NCBI GenBank assembly: GCA_963921275.4
Contig: OZ001293.3
Coordinates: 3,008,001-3,072,000 of the forward strand
Direction of reading: 5' to 3'
Origin: an uncultured Hormoscilla sp.
Lineage (GTDB): Bacteria > Cyanobacteriota > Cyanobacteriia > Cyanobacteriales > Desertifilaceae
Length of the DNA stretch: 64,000 nucleotides
Position 1 is the first letter of the stretch; the number at the start of each line of letters is the position of its first letter. Below, piece after piece: positions 11,801 through 23,589 of the stretch. The translations under genes and the position numbers were made by a program. A model generated the notes under the pieces. The model was not told where the DNA came from and ran no database searches. It worked only from the letters and a program-made list of their open reading frames with translations.

Positions 11801-14800
11801 GTTTCCGTTTGATTCCACTCAATCAATAATTGCTCTCGCTCCCATGGGCTCAAAAGAGGGAATTGAGCGATCGCCATTTCCGGATTTTCCGCGATCGCCC
11901 CCACCAGTCTCAGGAAGTGACCCGCCATCCGCTCCATGGTTGCCGCCGCAAACAAGTTAGCATTGTATTCTAAAGTCCCGACGAGACCCTCGTTATTTTC
12001 TCTGAGAGATAAGGTCAGGTCAAAAGTAGCTCCCGCCGTCGGCTTAAGAAAATCGAGCCGCTCCGTTTCCAGCTCTGGGAAGGTCAGAGTCTCCTGGGTG
12101 ACGTTTTGCAAGAGAAACATCACCTGAAAGACGGGGTTATAGTTCGGGTGACGCTGGATTTGTAGCGCTTCTACCAGGCGATCGAAAGGAACGTCGGCAT
12201 GGGCATGGGCATCTAAAGCTGTTTGCTGGACGCGATCGAGGAGAGTTAAAAAAGTTGGATTATCCGGCAGTTGAATTCGCAACGCCAAGGTACTGACAAA
12301 AAAGCCGATGAGTCCTTCGGTAATAGCCGGATTGCGGTTGGCAATCCCGGTGCCGATGACTATATCCTCCTGGTTGCTATAGCGAGAGAGCAAAACTGCC
12401 AAAGCCGTTAGGAGGGTAACAAAGAGAGTTGTTTGCGATTGGGAGCGCAGCGTTCGCTGGCTCAATGCCTTCAGCTTTTCGGTGGTTTCGCCATCGATTT
12501 TCACGGAGACGATACCGCTTTGAAAGCCTGCGTCGGCATTATTGCTGCGAGGAAAATCCGTCTGCAAATCCAAAAGTGGCGGTGCGCCGGCAAGTTGCGA
12601 TCGCCAGTAATCCAGTTGCTCTTCCACAACCTCCCCAGCCAAATATTGATGCTGCCAATGGGTATAATCCCCATATTGAACCGGCAGCGGAGGTAAAGGA
12701 GAAGCAGAATCTTGACGAAATGCCGTGTAGAGAACTGATAACTCTTTCAAGAAAACCTGTATCGACCAGTCATCGCTGATGATATGGTGCATTGTTATCA
12801 ACAGGTGATGCTCGCGATCGCTCAAACGAATCAGCACGATTTTTAACAAAGGAGGTCGAGTCAAATCGAAGACCCAACCCTGTACTTCCCTCCTAATTTC
12901 TTCGACTTTAGCACTGCGTTCTGTGGCTGGTAAGTCTTGTAAGTCTGAAATCTCCAGTGAAAATGGCACCCCGGGGGCGATCGCCTGGACGGTAACGCCA
13001 TCAACTACGTCAAAACTCGTTCGCAGAATTTCGTGCCGTTCTATAATAGCTTCAATTGCCCTTTCCAAACAACCGACATCAATTTTTCCCGTCAAACGAA
13101 ACCCGCGAAAGAGGTTGTAAATGGCCTTGTTGGTTTCTAGGCGATCGAGGAACCAGAGGCGCTGTTGTGCCAGGGAAAGGGGTATTTTAGTTTCCCGAAG
13201 AGTTGGCGTCGGGACTAAAGGAGGTAAAGATGTTTCTGTTTTCGCCGACTCTAGGTGTTTGGCAAGTTGGGCGATCGTCGGGGCAGCAAAAATAGTTTTT
13301 AGAGAGAGTTCGCTTTTAAATTTCTCGGAAATACGGGCTAAAACTCGGCTGGCATGAAGGGAATTTCCTCCCAAATCAAAAAAGTTATTTTCAACACCGA
13401 CCGCTTGCAGGTTCAGCACTTCAGACCAAATTTGCACCAATCTTTCTTCCGTAGCATTTCTGGGAGGGACGATATCCAGGTCTGAAGTAGATAAAATCTG
13501 GGGTTTGGAAAGCGATCGCCGATCGATTTTACCCGTCGCCGTTAAGGGCAGAAACTCCAACCAAAGGAAGTAAGCCGGGATTGCGTAATCGGGCAACCGA
13601 GCAGCCATTGCCTCCTTTAACTCCTTTGCTGTCGGTTTGTTTTCGGAATTAACAGCAGTGAGGTAAGCGACGAGGAGGCGATCGCCCACTACCCCACCCA
13701 CATCTGCCTGGGCCGCTACAACTGCCTCTCGAACGGACTCTAAGCTCAATAACGCTCCTTCTACTTCACTGGTTTCCACCCGATAGCCTCGGATTTTGAC
13801 CTGAAAATCTTTACGGCCTAGGTGCAGCAAACAGCCATCCGGTAATAACCGACCCAAATCACCTGTTTTGAAATAGCGGCGATCGCTATCTGAGAGAAAC
13901 ACTTGCTCCGTTAGTTCTGGTTGACACCAGTAACCCAAGGCCACTTGCCGAGAACTAACCACAATTTCTCCAACTTCTCCGGCGGGAACCTCCTGCCCGG
14001 ACTCATCCCAAAGCCAAACTTCCGTTCCCTCAACCCCATATCCCGCAGGCACCGTACTCCCCGTCAGCACCGTATGTTTTGTTATCGGAAATTGTCGCAC
14101 CGGACTAATCTCCGTGCCCCCCAGGTTCACCATTAAGGTACATCCAGAGGAAAAATGTTCCTGGAACAGTTCTGCATCCTGTCGGTAAACTGTTTCACTA
14201 CCTATTTGGATGAGTCGCAACTTGGGAAAATGCCCTTGTCCCTTTAACGTGGCAGCGAAGTGACGAAACAAGGTGGCCACCGCGAACATCACGGTAATCT
14301 CATTATCCTGCAACCACCGACCCAACTGGTGTAAACCAATTTCCTTCACATCTAGGGGCAGTAATGCGGCGCCATTCAACAAGGCGCAGTAAATATCTCG
14401 CACTGCACCACCGAAGGCCCCTGAGTACAACAGTGAAAAGCGATCCTGTTCGGTCATCGCCCCGCTGTTGGTATAGTTCCTGTATAGATTTAGGACATAC
14501 CGATGATTTTGCATCACCCCCTTGGGTCGTCCTGAGGAACCGGAGGTGTAAAGAATATAGGCCAAGTCATCAGGTTCTGATTTAATCTCCAGGTTCTCTT
14601 CTGATATTCCTCGTTCTCGGGTATCAAGCCACAAAACATCTCGGCCCGAAACCACCTGCTCGATATCTAAACCCTGTTGCTGGTGACCCCCGCTCAATAT
14701 CAGTTCTGCTCGTGCATCTTCCAGGATATTCTTGAGGCGAGACCCCGGCCAAGATACATCTAACGGCACGTAAAACTTTCCGGCCTTGAGTACCCCCAAC

Positions 14801-15057
14801 ATGGACGCAATCATTTCTGGTCCGGTTTCAAATAGGAGGGCGATCGGCTCTGCCCCAACACCCCGTTTTTCTATAATAGCTCTTGCTATCCGATTGGCCC
14901 AACCATTCAATTTCTTATAGGTTATGCAGCTATATTTGGTTTTTATTGCTACGCGATCTCCGTAGCAAATCACCTGCTCTTGAAACCTCTGGGTAATCGA
15001 TTGGTTAATAATATTCACACCAATGTTTTTAATTTTCGTTGATGCTGAGGCTATCAT
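8861..15057 (-). pseudogene. Non-ribosomal peptide synthetase A-T-C-A-T-C; frameshifts near 10690 and 9075, 3' truncated
   Basis: YTSGSSGRPKG, FFDLGGNSL, HHIISDDWS, YTSGSTGRSKG, NGYGPTE, FFALGGHSL and HHIVSDGWS across ORFs 10690-15057, 8986-10512 and 8861-9055. Confidence 0.9.
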
Positions 15058-15151
15058 TCTCTCACCATCTCCTCATCATTATATCTGCAAATAATTAGAG
15101 CGTAAAATTAATATATAGACCTTCCCCCTCATGCTCAATACACCGCATTTA

Positions 15152-16129
15152 CTATTTTCCATTTAATAACGCTTCCTCCCGATCCCTAATCCACCTAAAT
15201 GCAGATCTTACCGGATTTATGACCTTTACCTGGGTTAACCAACCCCCTACTGCATTTATTTTACTTTTCTCTTGCAACCAATCCAGCAGTATAGGCACCT
15301 CTGTACAACCGGCGATCGCACAATCTATATCCCCAATCTCTGTTTGTATAGTGCTGTTACATTTATCTCTCAACAAGTTCAATAATTCTTCTCCTTTCCT
15401 ACAGGCATATTCTTTGTCAAAAGCTTTGACCCCCTGGTAAATTGCACTCATCAGAATTTCTTGCTCTCCCTCTGATAATTCTTTACACTTTATCCCCCGT
15501 TTTTCCAGAGGAGCGGAGTACACCCTGCCCATTCTTGTTGCACTGGTTCCTAATAGTAAGGGCTTATTGAGTTTCCTCTTTTCCATCTCCGCCATCACCG
15601 CCTCCACCATGGAAATATATTCTAACGAAGAAGCTACCTTTGGATAGCGTTTTTGCAAATCTGCTTTCACCATGGGCAAATAGTAATGAACTGCATTACA
15701 CATCAATATTATCATAATCTTTGCTGGCTTGCTCTGCAAATATTCTTTTGCCTGGACGATCGCCTCCGATACTCCTTCTACCAGGTATCTCTGGATCGGT
15801 AAACCATGAATCATCCGGTTTGGTTCCAGCATCACCGTCATCCGACTGGGTATCGAGCAAGCTTGATAGAGGACAACTTCCCGCCTAGTTCCAAAGTATT
15901 CACAGACTAAATCGAAACCTACTGCTCCTGCCAGCGGCCCCATTCCTCCTATGAGAATAATAGGGGGGCCATACGCTGCCGGGGGTTGGAAATACAAAAC
16001 CTCGACGGGATGGTCTCGATCCTCTGCACATTTTCCCCTCCCAGCTTGGTATTGTGAAGTTGCTCTCAAGCCCTTGATGTAGTCAGCAACAGCAGCACGG
16101 ACCTGAGATAACTCTGAAAATTTTTTCAA
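15152..16129 (-). CDS. Aspartate/glutamate racemase family protein
   Basis: IGGMGPLAG, MCNAVH and AGCTEVP two-cysteine motifs. Confidence 0.85.
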   Translation of the reverse strand: MKKFSELSQVRAAVADYIKGLRATSQYQAGRGKCAEDRDHPVEVLYFQPPAAYGPPIILIGGMGPLAGAVGFDLVCEYFGTRREVVLYQACSIPSRMTVMLEPNRMIHGLPIQRYLVEGVSEAIVQAKEYLQSKPAKIMIILMCNAVHYYLPMVKADLQKRYPKVASSLEYISMVEAVMAEMEKRKLNKPLLLGTSATRMGRVYSAPLEKRGIKCKELSEGEQEILMSAIYQGVKAFDKEYACRKGEELLNLLRDKCNSTIQTEIGDIDCAIAGCTEVPILLDWLQEKSKINAVGGWLTQVKVINPVRSAFRWIRDREEALLNGK

Positions 16130-16138
16130 GAAGCTACT

Positions 16139-17005
16139 TCAGCGAACCGCTGTGAATAAGGAATTTGTTGCTGCTGCATTTTTCTCCTGTTCCATTGCTG
16201 CCGTTAGAGACTCCATTACCTTCCCTACCCGATTTAAGTATTCCTCAAATATCTGCCTTACTTGTTGATAATCTATCTGGCTTTCCGTTGCCGCACAATA
16301 AGCATTTAGCGCCTTGGCCACTACTAAAAAGTGATCTACTTCCGTTTCCTCCGCCACATGGACATAAATATATTGCAATGCCTTTTCTCGATCTGAACCC
16401 GTGAGGTTATAGTGGCGATCGACGTATTCTGAAAAAGCTGAAAGGGCTATACTGTACTCAGCATGGTTGTATATTTCCGAGAACATATTGGTCAACAGTC
16501 CGGTCTTAATATCGGACACCACCATCTTCTGATAAATCCATCCTCCAAACTCTCGCGCTTCGGGAATACAGTATTTCTCTAATGACCAAGGGTAATCTCC
16601 CAGTAACGCCCTTGCCAAATCATTGAAAAGCTGAGCATGGGTTTCGCCACCATAATCTAACCCTAAATCTTCGTAGCTTGTTTCCGCATTATGGGCACTC
16701 GCTAACATCAATTGCCCATGACTCACTGACTCGGGACTGACATTCATCGCCAGCCTCTGTAGCCGACAAGATAATCCATATATCGCTAGCATCTTCAGAT
16801 GGGTTGCTTTCCAACTATTCAGGAACTGAGCTAATTGTTCTGAAGACCAACTGCATTCCGGCAGTAAACTAAAGCATCTCTCTATTTTATCTATTGAACT
16901 TTGCCCTGAGACTATACTCTCCTTCAATGCCTGGCTTAACTTTCGATTCCAAACCAAATCAGCCAGTTCACTTATATACTCATTTATTGTCTTTCTTCCC
17001 ATCAC
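16139..17005 (-). CDS. Putative heme-oxygenase-like (TenA/PqqC fold) diiron oxidase
   Basis: Helical protein with spaced acidic/His ligands: SYEDLG...ETHAQLF, FSEIYN, YVHVAEETEVDHF. Confidence 0.55.
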   Translation of the reverse strand: MMGRKTINEYISELADLVWNRKLSQALKESIVSGQSSIDKIERCFSLLPECSWSSEQLAQFLNSWKATHLKMLAIYGLSCRLQRLAMNVSPESVSHGQLMLASAHNAETSYEDLGLDYGGETHAQLFNDLARALLGDYPWSLEKYCIPEAREFGGWIYQKMVVSDIKTGLLTNMFSEIYNHAEYSIALSAFSEYVDRHYNLTGSDREKALQYIYVHVAEETEVDHFLVVAKALNAYCAATESQIDYQQVRQIFEEYLNRVGKVMESLTAAMEQEKNAAATNSLFTAVR

Positions 17006-17051
17006 TACTCTCCTCCTTACTTGTTTTTTTTCTGTACCGTCCCGAAGTAAT

Positions 17052-18133
17052 TTTAGAAGCCAACTCTTTCTTTGTCAAGATTCTCGCTGCTTTTTTTCCT
17101 ATCTTCGGGGATCTCTCCCTTCTTGCCCCTACTCCTGCCGGCGTACTCCCGGCTAGGGCACTGTCTCCCGGATGAGGGCGAGGGCACCCAAAAGGCAGAT
17201 ATTTCCCTGTTTTGGGGGTCCCTCAGAGTACCATGCGGTCACAGCAGTTCCCCTAGCTCTAGGCCCGATGCAGTGGCCTCGCGACCCTCGATCGGGGGGG
17301 CGGCTACGATGTCCTCCAGGCATCGAAGTGCGTCTTCCAGACATCAAGATCCCAGGAGACATCGAGATCCCCCGAGACATCTAGCTGGACCGGGGACATC
17401 GAGCGCGCTTTAGACATCGAAGCCAAAGCGATCGCCCCTTAACGATAGATATATTTGATCGTGGAATAACTCAGTCATGCCCCTCTGTGACTGAGTTATT
17501 TTCTGGAGTGACTGAGTTATTTCTTGGGGTAATTGTTCAGTTCCTAAAGTAACTATTCAGTTCCTGGAGTAACTGGGTCATGCCACCGAGTACGAGAGTC
17601 ATGCCCTGGCGGCACAAAGCTTTGCTTTGACTTGAAACAATGTTACCAAGCGCGATCCGAGTCACTCTCAGGCTGGAAAAAGTCTCTCCAAGGCCGGAGT
17701 CAAATCCGTTCGCGCAGCGTGGCGCAGCCATGGCCAGAGTGAATATTCAGGCTGGACTGAGTGAGGACAAAACAAAATTCAGCTAGGTCATCACTCACAG
17801 ATGTTGTGAAGTGGTTATTTTGCTCTAACTGGATGGGTGCGGTCACAAGTAGTTGATAGCCGCATTGATGATGCATGTAATATAGCCCGCGCAGGCGGGC
17901 TTTGTTCCTGTAGTCGGGCTATGCACGGGTTCCCCAGAAGGCAGATATTTCCCTGTTTTGGGGGTTTTCTGTTGATTTTTTCAGGTTCCGAAACCCTGGG
18001 GTCCCGTCGCTTCTTAGAAGCCCGCAACTTCTTTGTCAAGCTTCTAATTGCTAGATCTTTGTCCTATCTTCGGGGATATCTCCCTTCTTGCCCCTACTCC
18101 TGCTGGCGTACTCCCTGCCAGGGCACTGTCTCC
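17052..18133. repeat. Degenerate repeat-rich intergenic region
   Basis: Diverged ~120-bp direct repeat (17052-17168 vs ~18014-18133). AAGGCAGATATTTCCCTGTTTTGGGG at 17192 and 17938; ~18-bp GACATC units at 17330-17420; GTGACTGAGTTATTT repeats at ~17490-17525. Confidence 0.6.
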
Positions 18134-18339
18134 GGAAGCCTGGCGATCGCTACTCCCTTCCTGAATATTTCCATTTCTCTACGTTTTGTAAATTCGTAAC
18201 TTTACTTAACTGGCTCTTCTGGGTTTATAGTGGTAAATGTATTTTCTTATATATTTTTGCGAGATCGAAAAGGCTAAAACCCTTGATTTTGCGTAATCAT
18301 AAGTTTTGCTTATCACCCAAAACCCAGGAGACCCACTTA

Positions 18340-18493
18340 ACTTAAGTTGCTACCTACAGAACCTCAGCACCCACATTCGCCAAAATTCGCGCCTCTTGCC
18401 TTGTAATTTACCTCAAAATGGCATTTTTCTAGATTAATTTGGCAAAAATTGCTGTCTTCCAGGTCAAAAATTTTATCTTGTTGCAACTTGGGT
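18340..18493. mobile_element. 154-bp MITE with IS982-type TIRs, copy 1
   Basis: Ends ACTTAAGTTGCTACCTA...GCAACTTGGGT; same length as, and homologous to, 48863-49016 and 54930-55083. Confidence 0.8.
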
Positions 18494-18562
18494 TTACTTA
18501 TCTTTGGAATTGAACTGCAATCGCCAAAGCCTTCTGGTGGGCAGTGCCCACCCTACAGATTA

Positions 18563-18775
18563 TCATTGATTTTGCAACCACTCGTACCATTCACTCAATC
18601 CTTTTCCAGTAATGGCAGAAACTTGGAATATGCGTATGTTATGATTGACTTGGCGGGCGTATTCCAAGCAGCGTTGGACATCGAATTGCACGTAGGGTAG
18701 TAAGTCAATTTTGGTGAGAATCATGACGTCGCTGGCCCGGAACATGTGGGGATATTTAATGGGTTTGTCCTCGCT
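18563..18775 (-). pseudogene. hypB: Hydrogenase nickel-incorporation GTPase HypB, C-terminal fragment only
   Basis: [11 protein letters not shown]...[14 protein letters not shown]...FQVSAITGKGL. No upstream part; abuts a palindrome at 18788-18836. Confidence 0.85.
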
Positions 18776-18917
18776 TTCGCGCCTGGGAAGCACGCTTCGT
18801 GCTTACGGAGAACGACGGGAAGCACGAAGCGTGCTTGCTGCGAACGCGGACTTGGCAGTAGGGCCAGAAGATCTTAGAATAAATCCCATATGTCCCATCA
18901 TCTGTCCAGGATCTCTG

Positions 18918-21641
18918 ATGACTTCGACCATTCTGCTTAGCAAATACGACCCCTCTAACACCGAAGCCAAATGGCAACAATATTGGCAAGACTATCAGGT
19001 CTTTCAAGCTGACCCCGCAAAAGGCGGCGAACCTTACTGTGTCGTTATCCCGCCCCCTAATGTCACGGGCAGTCTCCATATGGGTCACGCTTTTGAAAGT
19101 GCCCTCATCGATACTTTGGTCCGCTACCACCGGATGCGGGGACGCAATACTCTCTGGTTGCCCGGAACTGACCACGCTAGCATCGCGGTCCAAACAATTC
19201 TGGAAAGACAATTACAAGCTGAAGGCAAAACTCGCTACGATCTGGGCCGCGATCGCTTTCTGGAACGGGCCTGGCAGTGGAAAGCTGAGTCCGGAGGGAC
19301 GATCGTCAACCAGCTGCGACGCCTGGGGGTGTCGGTGGATTGGTCTCGGGAACGCTTTACTATGGATGCAGGCTTATCAAAAGCGGTATTAGCAGCATTC
19401 GTCCAATTATACGAACAAGGACTGATTTATCGCGGCAACTACATGGTCAACTGGTGCCCAGCTTCCCAGTCGGCGGTGTCTGACCTGGAGGTGGAAAGTA
19501 AGGAGGTAAATGGGCATCTGTGGCATTTTCGCTATCCTCTCACAGATGGTAGCGGCTATGTGGAGGTGGCAACCACCCGACCGGAAACTATGTTGGGGGA
19601 TACGGCGGTGGCAGTTAATCCCCAAGACGAACGCTATCAGCATTTAATCGGCAAAACAGTCACTTTGCCAATTATGAACCGGGAAATTCCGATTATTGGC
19701 GATGAATTGGTCGATCGGGAGTTCGGGACGGGTTGCGTGAAGGTGACTCCCGCCCACGATCCGAATGACTTTGATATGGGTCAGCGCCACCAGTTGCCCT
19801 TCATCAATATTATGAATAAGGATGGCAGCTTGAATGAAAATGCGGGACAGTTTCAGGGACAAGACCGCTTTGTCGCCCGCAAAAATGTGGTGGAAAAGCT
19901 GCGATCCGAAGGTTTCTTGGTCGAGGTTGAAGATTATACCCATACTGTCCCCTATAGCGATCGGGGCAAGGTACCGATCGAACCTCTCCTCTCTACCCAG
20001 TGGTTCGTGAAAATTCGCCCGATCGCAGATAAAACTCTGGAATTCTTGGACGCACAAAATTCCCCTCGGTTTGTCCCCGATCGCTGGACGAAGGTCTATC
20101 GGGATTGGCTAATAAAATTGAAAGACTGGTGCATCTCCCGCCAACTGTGGTGGGGACATCAAATTCCGGCCTGGTATGCGGTGAGTGAAACTGGGGGCGA
20201 AATAACTGATACTACCCCCTTCTTTGTGGCAGGCGATCGGGAAGCAGCGGCAGCAAAAGCGAAAGCAGAGTTTGGCGAAGACGTGCAGTTGAAACAGGAT
20301 CCAGACGTGTTAGATACCTGGTTTTCTTCGGGACTATGGCCATTTTCGACAATGGGCTGGCCGAAAAAAGACCATCCTGACTTAGACTTTTACTATCCGA
20401 CGACAACCTTGGTAACGGGTTTTGATATCATCTTCTTCTGGGTAGCCCGGATGACGATGATGGCAGGACATTTTACGGGCCAGATGCCCTTTAAGGATGT
20501 CTATATTCACGGGTTGGTCAGGGATGAGAACAACAAAAAAATGTCCAAGTCAGCGGGGAACGGTATAGATCCGCTGCTGCTGATTGAGAAATACGGTACA
20601 GATGCCCTGCATTACACTTTGATTAAGGAAGTGGCAGGTGCAGGTCAAGATATCCGCTTGGAATATAACCGCAAGACTGATGAGTCAGCATCTGTGGAAG
20701 CATCCCGCAATTTTGCCAATAAGTTGTGGAATGCGGCCCGGTTTGTGATGATGAACCTGGATGGGAAAACTCCAGAAACATTGGGTTCTCGTAAAATGGA
20801 GGCCCTAGAACTTTGCGATCGCTGGATTTTGTCTCGGTTCAATCAAGTGGTGCAGCAGACGGGGGACTACATAGATAACTATGGTTTGGGAGAAGCGGCG
20901 AAGGGACTCTATGAGTTCATCTGGGGGGACTTCTGCGATTGGTACATTGAATTGGTAAAATCGCGGCTGCGTCAAGATGGGGAACCAAGTTCCCGGGTGG
21001 TGGCCCAGCAAACTTTGGCCTGCGTATTAGAAGGGATCCTGAAACTGCTGCATCCCTTTATGCCCCATATTACCGAGGAAATTTGGCAGACTCTCACTCA
21101 AGCAGAGGCAGGGAAAAGTTTGGCGATCGCACTTTATCCCCAGGCCCAGACAAGTATAATAGATGGCTTGCTGGAAGAAGATTTCGATCTGATAATTGAC
21201 ACGATCCGCACGATCCGGAATTTGCGGGCGGAGGCGGATGTTAAACCCGGAGTGCAGGTGGACGTTATCTTGCAGAGTGAAAGCGTCAGGGAACGAAAAA
21301 TACTGGAGGCCGGGGAAACTTATCTGCGAGAGATTGGTAAGGTGGAGAAATTAACCATTACCGAGACTGTGGCGGAAGTTGGGCAGATTATAGCAGGGGT
21401 GACGGGGACAGTGCAAGTGCTAATTCCCTTGGCAGGTGTAGTGGATGTGGAGGCCCTGCGTGCTAAGTTACAGAAGGATTTGGCTAAGATAGAAGCAGAA
21501 ATCAAATCTCTGTCTGGCCGTCTGAATAATCCGGGTTTTGTTAACAAAGCCCCAGCAGAAGTGGTAGAAGGGGCTCGGATGAGTCTGGCAGAGTCGGAAA
21601 AACAAGCCGAAATTTTGCGCGATCGCCTGAGTCATCTGTGA
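18918..21641 (+). CDS. valS: Valine--tRNA ligase
   Basis: [29 protein letters not shown] and C-terminal coiled coil. Start set at [12 protein letters not shown]. Confidence 0.97.
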   Translation: MTSTILLSKYDPSNTEAKWQQYWQDYQVFQADPAKGGEPYCVVIPPPNVTGSLHMGHAFESALIDTLVRYHRMRGRNTLWLPGTDHASIAVQTILERQLQAEGKTRYDLGRDRFLERAWQWKAESGGTIVNQLRRLGVSVDWSRERFTMDAGLSKAVLAAFVQLYEQGLIYRGNYMVNWCPASQSAVSDLEVESKEVNGHLWHFRYPLTDGSGYVEVATTRPETMLGDTAVAVNPQDERYQHLIGKTVTLPIMNREIPIIGDELVDREFGTGCVKVTPAHDPNDFDMGQRHQLPFINIMNKDGSLNENAGQFQGQDRFVARKNVVEKLRSEGFLVEVEDYTHTVPYSDRGKVPIEPLLSTQWFVKIRPIADKTLEFLDAQNSPRFVPDRWTKVYRDWLIKLKDWCISRQLWWGHQIPAWYAVSETGGEITDTTPFFVAGDREAAAAKAKAEFGEDVQLKQDPDVLDTWFSSGLWPFSTMGWPKKDHPDLDFYYPTTTLVTGFDIIFFWVARMTMMAGHFTGQMPFKDVYIHGLVRDENNKKMSKSAGNGIDPLLLIEKYGTDALHYTLIKEVAGAGQDIRLEYNRKTDESASVEASRNFANKLWNAARFVMMNLDGKTPETLGSRKMEALELCDRWILSRFNQVVQQTGDYIDNYGLGEAAKGLYEFIWGDFCDWYIELVKSRLRQDGEPSSRVVAQQTLACVLEGILKLLHPFMPHITEEIWQTLTQAEAGKSLAIALYPQAQTSIIDGLLEEDFDLIIDTIRTIRNLRAEADVKPGVQVDVILQSESVRERKILEAGETYLREIGKVEKLTITETVAEVGQIIAGVTGTVQVLIPLAGVVDVEALRAKLQKDLAKIEAEIKSLSGRLNNPGFVNKAPAEVVEGARMSLAESEKQAEILRDRLSHL

Positions 21642-22662
21642 AGCCCCCCAGCCTAAAGACTGGGGCTACACTTCCCTTCGCCCGCCTGCGGGGGCTAGAT
21701 GACAAGCATTTCGTTGTTCTCTAGACAGACAATGAACGAAGGGACAAAAGAGACGGAAATCCTATATCTAGCCCAACTCCAAAAGCAGTCTGGCCAAGCT
21801 GGACTGCGGTTGCTAGCAGCTTATTCCCATAAGTTAATCGCGGTTGTTCTCCCCCTCGCAATGACAAATAAAATCCTTCTTATAGTGAGATGCGCCCGAT
21901 CGCTACGGGTGCATCCCGTTTTTGCTTCGCTATTACTATATCCGTCATCTCCGTCATTTTTGTCATCTACACGCTACGCTAAAAATGAGATGTACCGGCA
22001 CCGGTTTAGTTGAGGCACGAAACCCAACCTACGAACTTACTTGACCTTGTTTCTGGCGCTGGCGCAAAAAATCAGCAAACTCTTCAAGTTGTCCCAGACG
22101 TTCTTCTGAAAGTTCATCTAAAATAGCTGCTAGTCTGGCCCGAACCCCAACAGTTTCACTAGCTGGTTTAACCAGGGATATTGGTCAGGATAAACAGTTT
22201 CAATGCCTATATTTTCTACAAAAGAGTCTGGATCGTCTCTATGACTCTCAATGAAATTTCCTTGCTGATCGTATTTTACCCAGTTGCCAAACATTTCTAG
22301 GCGTTGCACAATCACGGGATGATGGGTCTCTTTGCATAAGTCTTAAACGTATACTATAAGCCACTTTTAGTTATGTGCAAACAATGGCATCATCCCCAAA
22401 ATGTGCAACGCCCATTTCCAATTCGTAAGCTTCACCATTCTTATAAACTTCGACGCTCGTTCCTATCGTTCCTGAACTAGCTATCCCACCTTCAGTTAAT
22501 TCTATATCTTGGGTTAATTTAACAGTAGCAAAGAGGTGAAATTAATTCATTGTCAAACCTCCTATCCTTCTGTGCTAAGAAATAGAGTTTCTGCGAGAAA
22601 CCTGGTCTCTGGGTTTTGTAACCTATGTACTCGCCTTGTCCTCGATATCGCCAGATAGCCTT

Positions 22663-23519
22663 TCACAAAAACTCCAGTACCCTTTGGAGATAAATATCAG
22701 CCGACTCCAACATCGGAAAATGAGCCGTATTGGGAATCATCGCAAATTCTACTAAATCATTCAACTCAGCCGCCTTTTTCCCCATCATAGCTGGAATAAT
22801 CTTATCGTACTCACCAGCAATCAACAGACAGGGCACAGATAAATTAGCAAATTCCCCTGGCATAATTTCCGCTGCATGCTTACTTATAGAAGTATATATC
22901 GTACCCAATGCTGCGTCGTAATCTGCCAACAGAAAATCTTCCAAAAAAGCCCGACTTTGGGCAGTGGGAATGGTACGATACAGAAATCTGGCCATAAACA
23001 TCTTATCCATCAGGGGAATCTGCGTCAGCCACTTGGGGCGAAACTTCACTACATACCCGCCAAAGCGATGAAAAGCCGTAAATGACTTTTCGTCGTATTC
23101 AAAAATCCCACTACAGGTAAAAATAGCCTTTTCTACCAATTCCGGGTAGCGATTGATAAACAGCACCGCCACTGACGCCCCCATGGAATGGGCATTAATA
23201 TACACCCGTTCCAGCTGCAAAGCATCTAGCAATGCTGCTAAATCTTCTGCATATTCTTCCATTTCGTAGCCAATTTCCACCGGTTGTTCCGGCAGTCGGC
23301 TTCTGCCAAACCCCCGCATATCATATAGCAGACAATCAAATTTATCCCCGATCGCGCAGCGTGCGCGCAGCGCAATCGCCCTTGCCGTCGATTCCCAGTA
23401 CCGGTCCGAACCCGCCCAGCCGTGGACAAACACCATCACCGGCTTACTTGACGCCGCCGAATCCCCTTTCACCCATTCATAATAATGTTCTACGCCACGA
23501 ACCTTTATCTTTACCATCA
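22663..23519 (-). CDS. Alpha/beta fold hydrolase
   Basis: VHGWAGS, YDMRGFGRS, AHSMG nucleophile elbow, AHFPMLE. Confidence 0.9.
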
Positions 23520-23589
23520 TCCTATAAAACAATCGAGGGTGAAATCCTGTAGACTTCACCCTTCACTATATCCTCTATCCCGGACAAAG

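Noticed and set aside
18711..18917. 69-aa N-terminal extension of ValS in the ORF track
   Set aside because: It is antisense to the hypB fragment and a palindrome; ValS-like sequence starts near 18918.
21699..22550. Short ORFs downstream of valS (possible HmpF-like and DUF4926-like scraps)
   Set aside because: Too short and broken to call with support.
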